Assembly: GCA_016779945.1 (NCBI GenBank)
Contig: JADHMR010000005.1
Location: forward strand, 1 to 55,915
DNA: 55,915 bases
From: Bacteroidia bacterium
Lineage (GTDB): Bacteria; Bacteroidota; Bacteroidia; NS11-12g; UBA9320
Direction: 5' to 3'
Below, piece after piece: positions 18,618 to 30,036 of the stretch (position 1 is the stretch's first letter; each line of letters opens with the position of its first letter). Below the pieces are notes generated by a model that saw nothing but the letters and a program-made list of their open reading frames with translations, was not told the DNA's origin and made no database searches. The translations under genes and the position numbers were made by a program.

Positions 18618-20795
18618 ATGAAAAAATTATATACACTTATTCTAGTTTTATTCACGCTCATAAGTAGCCAAACTACTCGTGCAGATGAAGGGATGTGGAT
18701 ACCCGCTCTTCTAACAGATAATTACGCTGAAATGCAACGATTAGGCCTCGTTTTAACACCAGATCAAATTTACGATATCAACAAAAGCAGTATGAAAGAT
18801 GCTATTGTTCGCTTGGGTTCAGGATTTTGCACAGGAGAGGTTATCAGTAGTCAAGGATTGATACTGACTAATCACCACTGTGGATACAGTGCAATTCAGA
18901 AGTTGAGCACAACAACGGCAAATCATTTAAAAAATGGTTTTTGGGCAAAAACAAAGGATGAGGAGTTATCTGCTGGCTTTAGTGTTTCATTCCTAGTGAA
19001 AATTGTAGACATTACGGATGATATTTTGGCTGATGTTACTGATGAAAATAGAAGAAAGCTTGTAGGAGAACATTCTTCTTCTATTCGAAAAGAATTATCA
19101 GACTCTGGTGCTTATGCCGTTGATATTAAAGAGATGTTTAGCGGTAACAAATATTTTGCATACGTCTATGAGACATTTGGAGATGTTCGATTAGTAGGTA
19201 CACCGCCAGAATCAGTAGGTAAGTATGGTGGAGACACAGACAACTGGATGTGGCCAAGACACACAGGAGACTTTTCGATGTTTAGAGTATATGCGTCAAA
19301 AGATAATAAAGCTACTGAAGGCTATTCAGAAGATAATATACCTTACACACCAAAGCATCATTTGCCTGTTAGCATGAAAGGCGTTGATAAAGGTGATTTT
19401 GCAATGATATGGGGTTTCCCAGGTAGTACAGACCGATACTTATCTTCTTATGGAGTGAGAAATGCAACTGAAATTGATCAACCAGCTCGTGTGAAGATTA
19501 GAAGAGCCAAATTAGATGTGTATGAAAAATACCAGAAAAAAGATGAGGCTGTTGACTTAATGTATGCAGCCAAGCATGCACAAGTAGCCAATTACTGGAA
19601 ATATTTCATGGGACAGACACGTGGACTTAAACGATTAGATATAGAAGGTAAGAAAAGAGGAGAAGAAGCTGCTTTCGAACAATGGGTTAGTAATGGAAAT
19701 AAAGCTAGGAAAGATAAATATGGAAAAGTTCTTTCGATGTATAAGGATGCATATGCAGTTTATGATGCCAAAAAATTAGCAGAAACTTATTGGATGGAGG
19801 CAATCTACGGTATTGAATTTACCAAGTATGGATTTGGGTTTAGTAGACTTTCTTCCATGTATGCTATGCAAGCTGCAGAAAAAGATAAATCTAAAAAAGC
19901 TAAAATACAGACACAGATAGATGGCATGATCAATCGAATTAAATCAACTACAGAAGGTAGTTTCAAAGACTACTATGCCCCTATAGACCAGGAGGTAACT
20001 GTAGCTATGTTAGATTTTTACATGAATGACCTTTCTGCTGATTTGAGACCTGCTGCTTTCAATGACATGATTGCTAAATATAAAGGCAACACCACGGCAT
20101 TGGCTGAAAAGCTATTTGAGTCCTCTATTTTAGTAAATCAAGATAGAGCCATGAAATTTTTAGAAAATCCAAGTGCTAAGAAATTGAAAAAAGATTTGGG
20201 AGTTAAATTCTCTGGGATTATGCTTGATTTTTACTTGAATGGTATTCGAGCCATGTTTGCAGAAGCTGATCAAAAAAGAGCAACAGCCGATCGTTTATAC
20301 AAGGCAGCACTATTTCAAATGCACCCAGATAAGGCTTTTGCTCCCGATGCAAATAGTTCAATGCGTTTCACCTATGGTCAAGTATTAGACTACTCACCGG
20401 GAGATGCTATGCAATACAAACATTACACAACCATGAAAGGGGTAATTGAAAAATATCAACCAGGTGATGATGAATTTGACTTACCTGATGGATATCTTGA
20501 TGTTGCTAAATCAAAAAACTATGGTGATTATGCCAAAGATGGTGAGGATCTTAGAATATGTTTCTTAACCAATAACGATATTACTGGTGGAAACTCAGGT
20601 AGCCCTGTAATCAATGGAAATGGTGAACTGATTGGGTTAGCCTTTGACGGAAATTGGGAGGCTATGAGTGGTGATATTGCTTTTGAGCCAGAGTTGCAAC
20701 GTACGATATCTGTGGATATTCGTTATGTTCTATGGTGCATCGACAAACTTGCTGGTGCCAAGCATATCGTAGATGAAATGACGTTGGCGAGATAG
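18618..20795 (+). CDS. S46 family dipeptidyl peptidase (DPP7-like)
   Basis: ADEGMW, TNHHCG, DNWMWPRHTGDFS, TGGNSGSPV. FDGNWE has Gly at the S1 position (DPP7-type, not the Arg of DPP11). Confidence 0.9.
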   Translation: MKKLYTLILVLFTLISSQTTRADEGMWIPALLTDNYAEMQRLGLVLTPDQIYDINKSSMKDAIVRLGSGFCTGEVISSQGLILTNHHCGYSAIQKLSTTTANHLKNGFWAKTKDEELSAGFSVSFLVKIVDITDDILADVTDENRRKLVGEHSSSIRKELSDSGAYAVDIKEMFSGNKYFAYVYETFGDVRLVGTPPESVGKYGGDTDNWMWPRHTGDFSMFRVYASKDNKATEGYSEDNIPYTPKHHLPVSMKGVDKGDFAMIWGFPGSTDRYLSSYGVRNATEIDQPARVKIRRAKLDVYEKYQKKDEAVDLMYAAKHAQVANYWKYFMGQTRGLKRLDIEGKKRGEEAAFEQWVSNGNKARKDKYGKVLSMYKDAYAVYDAKKLAETYWMEAIYGIEFTKYGFGFSRLSSMYAMQAAEKDKSKKAKIQTQIDGMINRIKSTTEGSFKDYYAPIDQEVTVAMLDFYMNDLSADLRPAAFNDMIAKYKGNTTALAEKLFESSILVNQDRAMKFLENPSAKKLKKDLGVKFSGIMLDFYLNGIRAMFAEADQKRATADRLYKAALFQMHPDKAFAPDANSSMRFTYGQVLDYSPGDAMQYKHYTTMKGVIEKYQPGDDEFDLPDGYLDVAKSKNYGDYAKDGEDLRICFLTNNDITGGNSGSPVINGNGELIGLAFDGNWEAMSGDIAFEPELQRTISVDIRYVLWCIDKLAGAKHIVDEMTLAR

Positions 20796-20816
20796 TAATT
20801 TCTCAATTAAGAATTC

Positions 20817-20852
20817 AAAGACCCAGTGACATCAGTTTCTGGGTCTTTTTTT
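20817..20852. terminator. Intrinsic terminator (likely bidirectional)
   Basis: AAAGACCCAG-N12-CTGGGTCTTT followed by a T run, between convergent genes. Confidence 0.75.
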
Positions 20853-22938
20853 ATTGAATTAGTTTCAACGCCTCGGCTATGGTTTTTACTGGTAACTTAC
20901 AAATGCCCTTTTCACACACATAGATTAAGGTTTCTTTATCTTGGTATCTATTCTTGAATATAGGAATGTCAGACTCTGAATTACTATACAAAACAAGCGT
21001 GTTTGGATGAAATGATTTTCTGAATTTTAATGCTTCCTGTTCTGCATTTTTTCCTACGATAACCACTTCATAATATGGTTTTGAAATTGCTAGGTGTGTT
21101 TTTGCCCAATTGCTATGTCCACTTGGGAATGAAACCATATTTGATTGAACCTTACCTACCAATGTTTCTGCGATTTCCATAAAACGACTATTGCCATAAA
21201 TCAATCCAAGTTGCCATAAATTATGAGCCATTACAGAATTAGTTGCTGGGATTACATTATCATGAACCTCTGTTGTTCTAACAATGAGTTCGTTGGTTTC
21301 GTTGAAGTAGAAAAACTCCTTTTCAGAATCATAGAATTTTTCCAAAACTACTTTTGTTAAATGATGTGCAGTAGTTAGGTATTTTTCATTGCTGGTAACA
21401 GTATATGCATCTGTGCATGCCTTGATAAGAAATGCATAATCTTCTAACATGCCGGGTATAGTTGAATGGCTATTTTTATAACTATGCCAAAGTTCTTTTT
21501 TATCGAGCTGAGTGGTCAATATTTTATCCAATGCATTGATTGCGAGATTTTTGTAGTGTTCATTTTCAGTTGATTTATAGGCATCAATAAGTCCGGAAAT
21601 TATCAAACCATTCCATGAGGTAAGGCACTTATCGTCCAAACCTGGCGGGATACGCTTACTTCTATATTGAAGTAGTTTTTGGTTTATTTGGCTAATCTTT
21701 TGAGCTAATTCTTGTGATGTAAGTTGAAATTCACGCTCGATTTGAGCATCATCCTTATCCCTGAGAAGGATATTATTTTGGTTTTCCCAAAGGGCTTTTT
21801 TGTCAACTTCGTAGTATGTTTCGGCTAAATTGTAATCTGCTTTTAAGACTTCTTTTAATTCTTCTGATTTCCATACATAATATTTGCCCTCTTCACCCTC
21901 GCTATCGGCGTCTAAGGCTGCATAAAATAGGCCGCTATTATCTAACATTTCGCGTTCTAGCCAATCAATGATTTTATGAATAGTGGTTAGGTATAATGGA
22001 TTTTTTGATTTTTTGTAGGCCTTGGCATAAACGGTTAAAAGTTGTGCATTATCATACAACATTTTTTCGAAGTGAGGTACTTTCCAAATACCGTCTACAC
22101 TGTATCTTGAAAAACCTCCACCAATTTGGTCAAAAATTCCTCCATAAGCCATTTTTGTTAGCGTAATGTCAATGAATTCGTCAATGGTATTATCCGATGA
22201 ATGTTGAGTGTATGAAATTAAAAAGTCGTAATTAGAAGGCATAGGAAACTTAGGTGTTCTGTTCATTCCCCCATTTTTATAGTCCCAATTCTTTTTCCAA
22301 CCTTCGACTAAATCATCTAGCACATTTGCATCTAATTTTTGTGCAGTTTGATCACTGATTGCTGTTTCCTGCATTTGGATACCACGAGTCAGTTTTTTGG
22401 CATATTCTTCTATCTTGTTGAAATTAGATTGGTATTGATCTGAAATATTTCGGAGCAATCTCAACCAATCTTTTCGAGGATAATATGTTCCTGCATGAAA
22501 AGGTTCACCGTTAGGTAGAGCAAAACAATTTAATGGCCAACCACCACGACCGGTAATAATGTTGGCTGCTGTCATATATATTTGATCCACGTCCGGGCGT
22601 TCTTCACGATCTACCTTTATGCAATAAAAATGCTCATTCATGTATTTAGCAACTTCTTCATCCTCAAAGCTTTCATGTTCCATAACATGACACCAATGAC
22701 AACTGCTATATCCTATGCTGATAAGAATGGGTTTATTCAATTTTTTAGCCTCTAACAAGTTGTCAGGATTCCATGCATGCCAATCAACAGGATTATGTGC
22801 ATGTTGCAGTAAATAAGGGCTAGTTTCATTAATAAGTTGATTGGTATAATCGGACATTGTATTGTTATCATTTTTTTGACCACAAGAAGAAATTACAGAG
22901 ATAATGCTAATTAAAAATAATAAATAGTTTTTCATCAT
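20851..22938 (-). CDS. Thioredoxin-domain YyaL/SSP411 family protein (probable lipoprotein)
   Basis: [57 protein letters not shown]. Lipobox ISSC. Confidence 0.9.
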   Translation of the reverse strand: MMKNYLLFLISIISVISSCGQKNDNNTMSDYTNQLINETSPYLLQHAHNPVDWHAWNPDNLLEAKKLNKPILISIGYSSCHWCHVMEHESFEDEEVAKYMNEHFYCIKVDREERPDVDQIYMTAANIITGRGGWPLNCFALPNGEPFHAGTYYPRKDWLRLLRNISDQYQSNFNKIEEYAKKLTRGIQMQETAISDQTAQKLDANVLDDLVEGWKKNWDYKNGGMNRTPKFPMPSNYDFLISYTQHSSDNTIDEFIDITLTKMAYGGIFDQIGGGFSRYSVDGIWKVPHFEKMLYDNAQLLTVYAKAYKKSKNPLYLTTIHKIIDWLEREMLDNSGLFYAALDADSEGEEGKYYVWKSEELKEVLKADYNLAETYYEVDKKALWENQNNILLRDKDDAQIEREFQLTSQELAQKISQINQKLLQYRSKRIPPGLDDKCLTSWNGLIISGLIDAYKSTENEHYKNLAINALDKILTTQLDKKELWHSYKNSHSTIPGMLEDYAFLIKACTDAYTVTSNEKYLTTAHHLTKVVLEKFYDSEKEFFYFNETNELIVRTTEVHDNVIPATNSVMAHNLWQLGLIYGNSRFMEIAETLVGKVQSNMVSFPSGHSNWAKTHLAISKPYYEVVIVGKNAEQEALKFRKSFHPNTLVLYSNSESDIPIFKNRYQDKETLIYVCEKGICKLPVKTIAEALKLIQ

Positions 22939-23010
22939 ATGGTGTAAGCAAAGTTGCATATATTATTCAATTGACAACAGTAACTTTGATTTTTGTTATC
23001 TTTGGAATTC

Positions 23011-26000
23011 GTGATTAGAAGATACTTAAATTTAATTTTAATACTATTTTTATCTGTTCTTTCCTTTGGTCAGTACACTAAGATTGGAAATGGTGGTTTT
23101 GCAAGTGGAAACTTTGGTCCATTAAGGACTGATACTTCTTCGTCTTATTTTAGTCGGTTTGCTTTTATTTATCCTAGCTCAACACTCACCAATTTGAAAC
23201 ATGGTGACAGTATTTCCGCTCTATCATTTTTTTATGAATCATTTGATTCAATTAGAGGTAACTGCAATATGAAGGTTTTTTTAAGGTCCACCAGCCAGGC
23301 TGATTTCGGGGCAACCGCCTTAAATTGGTCAGCAGAATCTCGAACAATGGTTCCGATTTATGACGATAATCCAAAAAAAATAATCGGTTCTATACCACAA
23401 GAAATATTATTGAAACTCTCCAAACCCTATGCTTGGGATACCACTGGAGGAAAGATACATTTAGAAATTTTAGTTGAGTACACACAAAAGGTCAATCAAG
23501 TTGGAACGATGAATTGGTCAGTTGAAAGTAGTTTTTATGTTCCAGGTTTTGTTTCTCAAAATGAAAGTAAATACATCTATGGAACCAGCAATTCGGGTAT
23601 AGACAGCATTACAACATTTTCAAATTCTATTCATCCAACACTAAAAATTTATCACCCAAGTGAATCAATTGATTTGGAGGCAACTAAACTATACAGTCTT
23701 GGAACAGTTCCGCTCTTAATGAATGAATCTGACAGCATAAAAGTTTCGATTGATAATGTCGGAATAGATACCGTTACTAACCATAAAGTATATTTAGATG
23801 TTAGCGGAGCTAATTCATACAAGGACAGTCTTCTGATTACAAAACTTGCCCCTTATGAGAGTCAATTTGTTTATTTTGACAAATACCAACCCAAAATTCA
23901 AGGAACTGAAACACTTAAAATAACGATTGATCAAGATAGTAATACGTTAAATAATCAGATTACAAAAGATCGTGTAATTAATTACAACGTATATTCTCAT
24001 GCTGATCCGTTTAATGGAAATTCGGGTGGAATTGGTTTTAATGGAGGTACTGGAGATTTTGTTGCAAGATTTTATGTAGATGGTACATCATATATTAACC
24101 AAATTAAAGTTGACTTCAATTCCGTTGGTACTTCATTTCAGTTAGGTGTTTGGGATGTTGGTGCAGATGGGTTTCCAGGTAAAGAATTATTCATATCAGA
24201 TACTTCGTTATCTGTAGCAGGCACATTTATCATGAATGTATTGCCAAGAATTTCGGTAACAAATAGCTTTTACGTTGGTATTCGTCAAACCTCTAACACT
24301 AATGTAGGGTTTAGTTTTCAAAGTGAGGTTCCTGTTCGACCTCATATTTTTTATTTTACTGCACCAGCAGGAGACACCACATGGGTACCTTTTTCACCTG
24401 GTTTTGATTTCAACTTTAATATACAGCCACGACTTCAGGTTGCCAATGATGTAGCAGTATTAGATATTTTGAGTCCTAAACCCGATTCAGCTTATCAATA
24501 TGATGAATATGATTCGTTAGAAATTGTTGCTCAATTTATCAACTACGGTTATCAGAATCAGACCAATTTTCCGGTAGAGGTTAAGTTATATAATGGTTTT
24601 GGTCAATTAGAGTTTTCAAAACAGTCAGTTACTTCAATATCGGCTGGTGACACATCTAAGGTAGTTTTTGGAAAAATCAGTAAATATCGTTTAGGTGATT
24701 ATACCCTTACTGCAACAACTAAACTTTCAAAAGATAGTGTTATTGACAACGATTCTAAAACCATAAAATTTTCTTTCATCAAAGATCATGATGTAGCGAT
24801 TGATCAAATTTTTTCTCCAAGTAACGGTTCGCAGTTTGATCTGCAAAGGGATCCAGTTCAGATGGTTGTTAGAGCTATAAATTATGGGGTTAAAACTCAA
24901 AATAATCTTACGGTTAGAATGGAATTAGTTAATTCTAATGGCAAGATTTTAATAGTTCAAGATAAAGTAATTAATCTGATAGGAGGGGCAACAACGATTT
25001 TACCTTTTGATACGATTTATTTACCTGAGGATGGTAACTTAATACTCCGTGCATTCACTATGTTAGCTATTGATAGTTTTCCTGAAAATGATACCATGAG
25101 GATTTCTATTTTTTCTAGAAAAGTTGATGATGTGATGGCTTTAGAAGTCGAAACTCCTTTCATTAACTCTTATTTCTCAAAAGATACAACCATTACACCT
25201 TATATCAGGTATCGAAATGACGGTATTACCAACCAAGATTCCATATTAATACGATACAGAATAGTTGATAAAGAAGATTCAATTTTATTCTATGATAGTG
25301 TGTTTCAAGACGCTTCTTTTTTAACCGAAAAACAAGTATTTTTTGATCCCATTAAGTTAGATTCTGCGGGTACTTTTAATTTTCAAACTTGGGTTTATAT
25401 CAAAGATGACCAGGTTCGATCAAACGATACAATTACTTCTAATTTTGATGTAATTAATGGGAATGACCTTCAAATATTAAGTGTTTATAGACCTCAGTTA
25501 GTTGAGCCACAGGGTAGGGCCCCAATTCCATTGAGTGTATTGATTAGAAACCAAGGTAATCTCAATGCGAATAATGTGAAAATCGTTGCGAATATTGAAA
25601 ATAACAAATCAGAAGTTATACTAAATGATACCCTATTTATAAATCTTAATAGACTAACAACTGACACTTTTGAATTTGAATCTTTAAATTTTGATCAAGT
25701 GGGGGATTATTATTTAAAAATTGTAAATCACTCTCAACTAGAGGACGTTCCCAATACGTTAGATACACTAAATTATAATTATATCGTACGTTATCAAAAT
25801 GATATTAGTATATCTCAACATTTGAACCCTTTGCCTCAAGATACCCTAGAATTAGATGAAATTATTTTTCCATCTGTTCAAGTTTTAAATAGTGGAATTG
25901 ATACGTTCAAAAATTTGGAGATTTGCGTTATTATCAAAAATTCATTAAATGACATTATTTACAGAGACAGTTTTGAACTAGTTCAATTGCCGCCAAACAG

Positions 26001-26718
26001 AGCGAGTAATTTTAATTCTATCCAAGAATGGGAGTCAAATGTTTCTGGTGATTATTTCATGCATTCCTGGTTTAAATCGTTGGATGACAATTCATCCAAT
26101 GACAGTTTAGTTACCTCGTTTGTTGTAGTAAAAAGAAGAGATGCTGTTATAGAATCAATCGCATTTCCTAACACGAACCTATACAAGCAACGATTATATA
26201 AACCAGTTGTAAATATCTTGAATGATGGTTTAGATAATCTATCAGGAGTTAATTTGTCATGCACAGTAAAAGTAGGTAGTACAACTATTTATCAAAAAAA
26301 TAAAATCATAGATGTTTTGTCAGGTCAATCGCTAACCATTGATTTTGATAGTACATTAACCTATGACAAAGCGGGAGAGGCACAAGCTATTTTCGTTATA
26401 GAGGCTTTGGATGACCAAGTTAGTTCGAATGACACTATGACGACTTCTTTTAATTTCATTCAAGGACTAGGAGTTCACGAATACTCACAATCGGATATTA
26501 TTACATATCCAAACCCTTTTGAAAACTACATAAATGTTTCAGCTGAAAATCCTATTTCAAGTTTAAGATTAATGGATATGTTTGGAAGAGTTGTTTATGA
26601 AGATAAAGATATAAATCAATTGATAGTGAGAATTGACCTTGATGTTTTGAAGGGGCTTTATATCCTTGAGATACGTTCGGGGAGTGAATGGTTCAAAATT
26701 CCAATTACTAAAGAATAA
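23011..26718 (+). CDS. Large T9SS-secreted protein with repeated CARDB/Ig-like domains
   Basis: GTG start just after TATCTTTG. Repeated D.A/V..I..P...N.G...D....ND units. C-terminal YPNPFEN..GLYILEI CTD. Confidence 0.75.
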   Translation: MIRRYLNLILILFLSVLSFGQYTKIGNGGFASGNFGPLRTDTSSSYFSRFAFIYPSSTLTNLKHGDSISALSFFYESFDSIRGNCNMKVFLRSTSQADFGATALNWSAESRTMVPIYDDNPKKIIGSIPQEILLKLSKPYAWDTTGGKIHLEILVEYTQKVNQVGTMNWSVESSFYVPGFVSQNESKYIYGTSNSGIDSITTFSNSIHPTLKIYHPSESIDLEATKLYSLGTVPLLMNESDSIKVSIDNVGIDTVTNHKVYLDVSGANSYKDSLLITKLAPYESQFVYFDKYQPKIQGTETLKITIDQDSNTLNNQITKDRVINYNVYSHADPFNGNSGGIGFNGGTGDFVARFYVDGTSYINQIKVDFNSVGTSFQLGVWDVGADGFPGKELFISDTSLSVAGTFIMNVLPRISVTNSFYVGIRQTSNTNVGFSFQSEVPVRPHIFYFTAPAGDTTWVPFSPGFDFNFNIQPRLQVANDVAVLDILSPKPDSAYQYDEYDSLEIVAQFINYGYQNQTNFPVEVKLYNGFGQLEFSKQSVTSISAGDTSKVVFGKISKYRLGDYTLTATTKLSKDSVIDNDSKTIKFSFIKDHDVAIDQIFSPSNGSQFDLQRDPVQMVVRAINYGVKTQNNLTVRMELVNSNGKILIVQDKVINLIGGATTILPFDTIYLPEDGNLILRAFTMLAIDSFPENDTMRISIFSRKVDDVMALEVETPFINSYFSKDTTITPYIRYRNDGITNQDSILIRYRIVDKEDSILFYDSVFQDASFLTEKQVFFDPIKLDSAGTFNFQTWVYIKDDQVRSNDTITSNFDVINGNDLQILSVYRPQLVEPQGRAPIPLSVLIRNQGNLNANNVKIVANIENNKSEVILNDTLFINLNRLTTDTFEFESLNFDQVGDYYLKIVNHSQLEDVPNTLDTLNYNYIVRYQNDISISQHLNPLPQDTLELDEIIFPSVQVLNSGIDTFKNLEICVIIKNSLNDIIYRDSFELVQLPPNRASNFNSIQEWESNVSGDYFMHSWFKSLDDNSSNDSLVTSFVVVKRRDAVIESIAFPNTNLYKQRLYKPVVNILNDGLDNLSGVNLSCTVKVGSTTIYQKNKIIDVLSGQSLTIDFDSTLTYDKAGEAQAIFVIEALDDQVSSNDTMTTSFNFIQGLGVHEYSQSDIITYPNPFENYINVSAENPISSLRLMDMFGRVVYEDKDINQLIVRIDLDVLKGLYILEIRSGSEWFKIPITKE

Positions 26719-26732
26719 CTCACTTAGTTTTT

Positions 26733-28424
26733 TTATTTAGGGTAGTTTTTTCTAATCTTATAAAGCTTGTCACCGTCTTGGTAAAATTGAATTTTGATTC
26801 TACTTATTTCATCATCTATCGGTGTTTTGGCATGGTGAACATTTGAAGGGATAATTCCTTTAAGCGAACTCATTTTTTTGTGATAATTTAAAAAACCTAA
26901 GAATTTCCGTCTCACATAATAGGTTAAGTCCATAGAGTTAGCTAATCCTTTGAAAACGATAATTTCACTAGAATTTGAAGAAAAAATAGATGGATTCGTT
27001 GTTTTAGAATTGATGTAATTTAGATATTCATAAGCTACATCAAATCGAGCAATTCCAAACCCTTTGATTGAGTCAGGATTATTATTTTGATCAGCTGTTT
27101 GACGAATTAAATTATTGATTTCTAAAGGAGATAATTTTGGAAATGCTTGTAAAAGGCATGCTACACCGCCCGCAACAATAGGAGTGGAGAAACTCGTGCC
27201 ATTTCCTTGATAATAATATCCTGAAGGACTTGAGACGGTTGCTTTGACACCTAATGCTACCACGTCAGGTTTAATAGATTTATTTGCATTATTACCTCTA
27301 CTACTAAAACGAGCAGGATCCCCATTTTTGGTAATAGCACCAACCGTCAAGACTTCTTCGGCATCACCTGGAAATCCAATTTTTTTCCATTTGCTATCGC
27401 CCTGATTTCCAGCACTATTTATTACGATTATTCCTTTGGATACTGCTGTTTTTGCACCTCTACTAATAAATGAAGTATTACCATCTAATTGACTATGATT
27501 ATAATTCATTTTTGGATCATCAAATTGGTTGTAGCCCAATGATGATGTAATAATATCTACACCTATACTATCAGCAATTTCTGCTGCTTTACACCAATTT
27601 AATTCTTCGATAGGATATTCACTTTTTCCATTTTCTGTTTTGAATAATGTAAGTTTTGCAAGTGGTCCACTACCGATAAACTTTCCTTTATCATAAGCTC
27701 CAAGTGCAGATGCACAAGCTGTACCGTGTGTGTCAAAATCGCTTAATGAATTATCTAAATTTACTAGATCATAACCAAACATCAACTTATCATTGGCTTG
27801 GTGTCTTAAAAAACCAGGTATTTTAGTGATGTTTTTAAATCCTGCATCGAAAACAGCAACACTTACACGATTTCCGTTAAACCCTTTTTTATGAAGATGT
27901 AGAACTCCTATTTGTTGATTTTGTTGATATGATTTACCGTAATCTAACTCATTTAAACTACTTGTTTCCATTGTGCTGGATTTCAATTTTACAGTGGGTT
28001 TATAGAAATCTACGGCTTCTCTTTTACTATTTGGATTTATCGTACCAACGTATTTTATTTCTGATATAAATGCTAAGCTATCTAGAGTTGAAACATAGGT
28101 TTTAGACGATTCAATAACGGCACTATTAGACCATTTTAAGGCATATCTAACTGTTATGCTATCCAATTGATTAAGTTTTTGTAGATAATCTTTTTTAACT
28201 GGATAGTCACTGTAATTCAGCGGAATTTGATATTTATTCCTTCGTTCAATTGCCTTGGGGCTCAAGATTTCGTTGATATTGAAATTAGTATCCTTATCAT
28301 TAAATTGAACGTAGAATGCATGATTAGCATTTTGAGAAAAACTAAGATGCGACCAAAACAAAATAATAATTAATATAATCTTACCAGTTGCTACTGATAA
28401 TGGTTTTTGTGTATTCGATTCCAT
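26733..28424 (-). CDS. S8 subtilisin-family serine protease, secreted
   Basis: AVFDAGF (Asp), HGTAC (His), NSAGNQG, GTSFSTP (Ser). The start codon is uncertain. Confidence 0.88.
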   Translation of the reverse strand: MESNTQKPLSVATGKIILIIILFWSHLSFSQNANHAFYVQFNDKDTNFNINEILSPKAIERRNKYQIPLNYSDYPVKKDYLQKLNQLDSITVRYALKWSNSAVIESSKTYVSTLDSLAFISEIKYVGTINPNSKREAVDFYKPTVKLKSSTMETSSLNELDYGKSYQQNQQIGVLHLHKKGFNGNRVSVAVFDAGFKNITKIPGFLRHQANDKLMFGYDLVNLDNSLSDFDTHGTACASALGAYDKGKFIGSGPLAKLTLFKTENGKSEYPIEELNWCKAAEIADSIGVDIITSSLGYNQFDDPKMNYNHSQLDGNTSFISRGAKTAVSKGIIVINSAGNQGDSKWKKIGFPGDAEEVLTVGAITKNGDPARFSSRGNNANKSIKPDVVALGVKATVSSPSGYYYQGNGTSFSTPIVAGGVACLLQAFPKLSPLEINNLIRQTADQNNNPDSIKGFGIARFDVAYEYLNYINSKTTNPSIFSSNSSEIIVFKGLANSMDLTYYVRRKFLGFLNYHKKMSSLKGIIPSNVHHAKTPIDDEISRIKIQFYQDGDKLYKIRKNYPK

Positions 28425-29058
28425 CTTTATATTTTCCAGGTTGTGTTTCGATATCGCGGAATTTACGTGAAATTAGACCAATGCCACGAGCATATACTTC
28501 TTCTTCAAAAATTGTAAATATAATATCTTCTTGGTCACCAAGATTGACAATTACCGTCTCGGAGAATAAACTATCCTTGATACGATATAATCCATCTGTA
28601 TTTTGATAAAACCCATATTGGGTTTCTTGACTATTTAACATATTTATATCCCAACTTTTATTGTCTTTAACTGGGAAACTTAATTTGATACGTTTAACAT
28701 CTAAATCTGATCTTTCAAGGCTATAGTTGTCTACTTTAATGACTGCATAATATTGAAATTCCCAATTTAGTCCTTCATCATAACTATAATCTATTCGTAA
28801 TTGATACGAAGAGTCTTTTTCTTGATCAATAAATGGGGTTTCTATGGTTTCTTTAATCCAATAAGTTGTCGTATCAGTTGAACTATTAAATGCATCGTGA
28901 TTAAATTCTTCATAAGAATAAATAATAAACTTATCTTTTTTAGTTGGATAGAAGCTGGCTTTGGATGGGTAAACTAATTTACCAGTTTCACCACAGCCCC
29001 AACTAAATAACAGGACTTGTAAAAAGAAAATAAATATTACGGGATTTAATTTCATCAT
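28381..29058 (-). CDS. Hypothetical lipoprotein
   Basis: Lipobox SWGC and C-terminal EVYARGIGLI. Preceded by a TACTTTTG promoter motif. Confidence 0.7.
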   Translation of the reverse strand: MMKLNPVIFIFFLQVLLFSWGCGETGKLVYPSKASFYPTKKDKFIIYSYEEFNHDAFNSSTDTTTYWIKETIETPFIDQEKDSSYQLRIDYSYDEGLNWEFQYYAVIKVDNYSLERSDLDVKRIKLSFPVKDNKSWDINMLNSQETQYGFYQNTDGLYRIKDSLFSETVIVNLGDQEDIIFTIFEEEVYARGIGLISRKFRDIETQPGKYKDGIEYTKTIISSNW

Positions 29059-29154
29059 TATTTTACTTTGTTCAAAAGTATTTTACGAAAATAACTCATC
29101 CTGATAAGTAGATACTTTATAATGGTGATATTATTACATATTTTTGACCCACAA

Positions 29155-30036
29155 ATGGTAACAATCATCGATGGCAAGAGTCTCGCTCAAAAACTGAGAC
29201 GTAAAATCAAAGAGGAAGTTTCAAAATATCTTGACTCTGGGAATCGAGCACCTCATTTGGCGGCTATTCTTGTAGGAGAGGATGGAGCTAGCAGGACTTA
29301 TGTTGCCAGTAAAGAAAGAGATTGTGATTTTGTTGGTTTTGATTCAACAGTTCATCGCTTACCCGTAGATACCTCAGAAAATGAATTATTAGATTTAATT
29401 GATAGTATCAACTCGAATGATAATATTGATGGTTTAATTGTGCAATTGCCTTTACCCAAGCATATGGATACTTCAAAAGTTACAGATGCTATTGCTCCAA
29501 AAATTGATGTTGATGGATTTCATCCTGTTAATGTTGGACGTCTTACAAAAAATGAAGATACCTATATTAGTGCTACACCTTTTGGCATTATTATGATGCT
29601 AGAAGAATACGGAATAGAAACTATAGGCAAGCATTGTGTTGTAATTGGTAGAAGTAATATTGTCGGAAGACCTATGAGCATACTAATGAGTAGAGGAGGT
29701 TATCCTGGTGATTCGACTGTGACTATTTGCCATAGAAATACAGAGAATCTTATATCTCATACCTCGGTGGCAGATATAGTTATTGTAGCTGTTGGAATAC
29801 CTCATTTTTTGAAAGGAGACATGGTTAAAAAAGGGGCGGTAGTCATCGATGTTGGAATTACAAGAGTGGATGCCGATAATGCTAAAGGATATGAATTAAG
29901 AGGGGATGCAGATTTTAATTCACTTGTAAACAAATGTACTGCAATCACCCCAGTGCCTGGTGGTGTTGGTCCAATGACCAGATATGGTTTGCTTCACAAT
30001 ACACTAAAGAGTTATAAAAGAAAATTGAATTTATGA
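29155..30036 (+). CDS. folD: Methylene-THF dehydrogenase/cyclohydrolase
   Basis: IIDGK, VQLPLP, DVDGFHP, GRSNIVGRP, TPVPGGVGPMT. Start follows TATTTTTG (29139-29146). Confidence 0.95.
   Translation: MVTIIDGKSLAQKLRRKIKEEVSKYLDSGNRAPHLAAILVGEDGASRTYVASKERDCDFVGFDSTVHRLPVDTSENELLDLIDSINSNDNIDGLIVQLPLPKHMDTSKVTDAIAPKIDVDGFHPVNVGRLTKNEDTYISATPFGIIMMLEEYGIETIGKHCVVIGRSNIVGRPMSILMSRGGYPGDSTVTICHRNTENLISHTSVADIVIVAVGIPHFLKGDMVKKGAVVIDVGITRVDADNAKGYELRGDADFNSLVNKCTAITPVPGGVGPMTRYGLLHNTLKSYKRKLNL

Noticed and set aside
26733-27050. T9SS CTD on the S8 protease
   Set aside because: The C-terminus lacks the YPNP and GxY motifs, so it cannot be supported.
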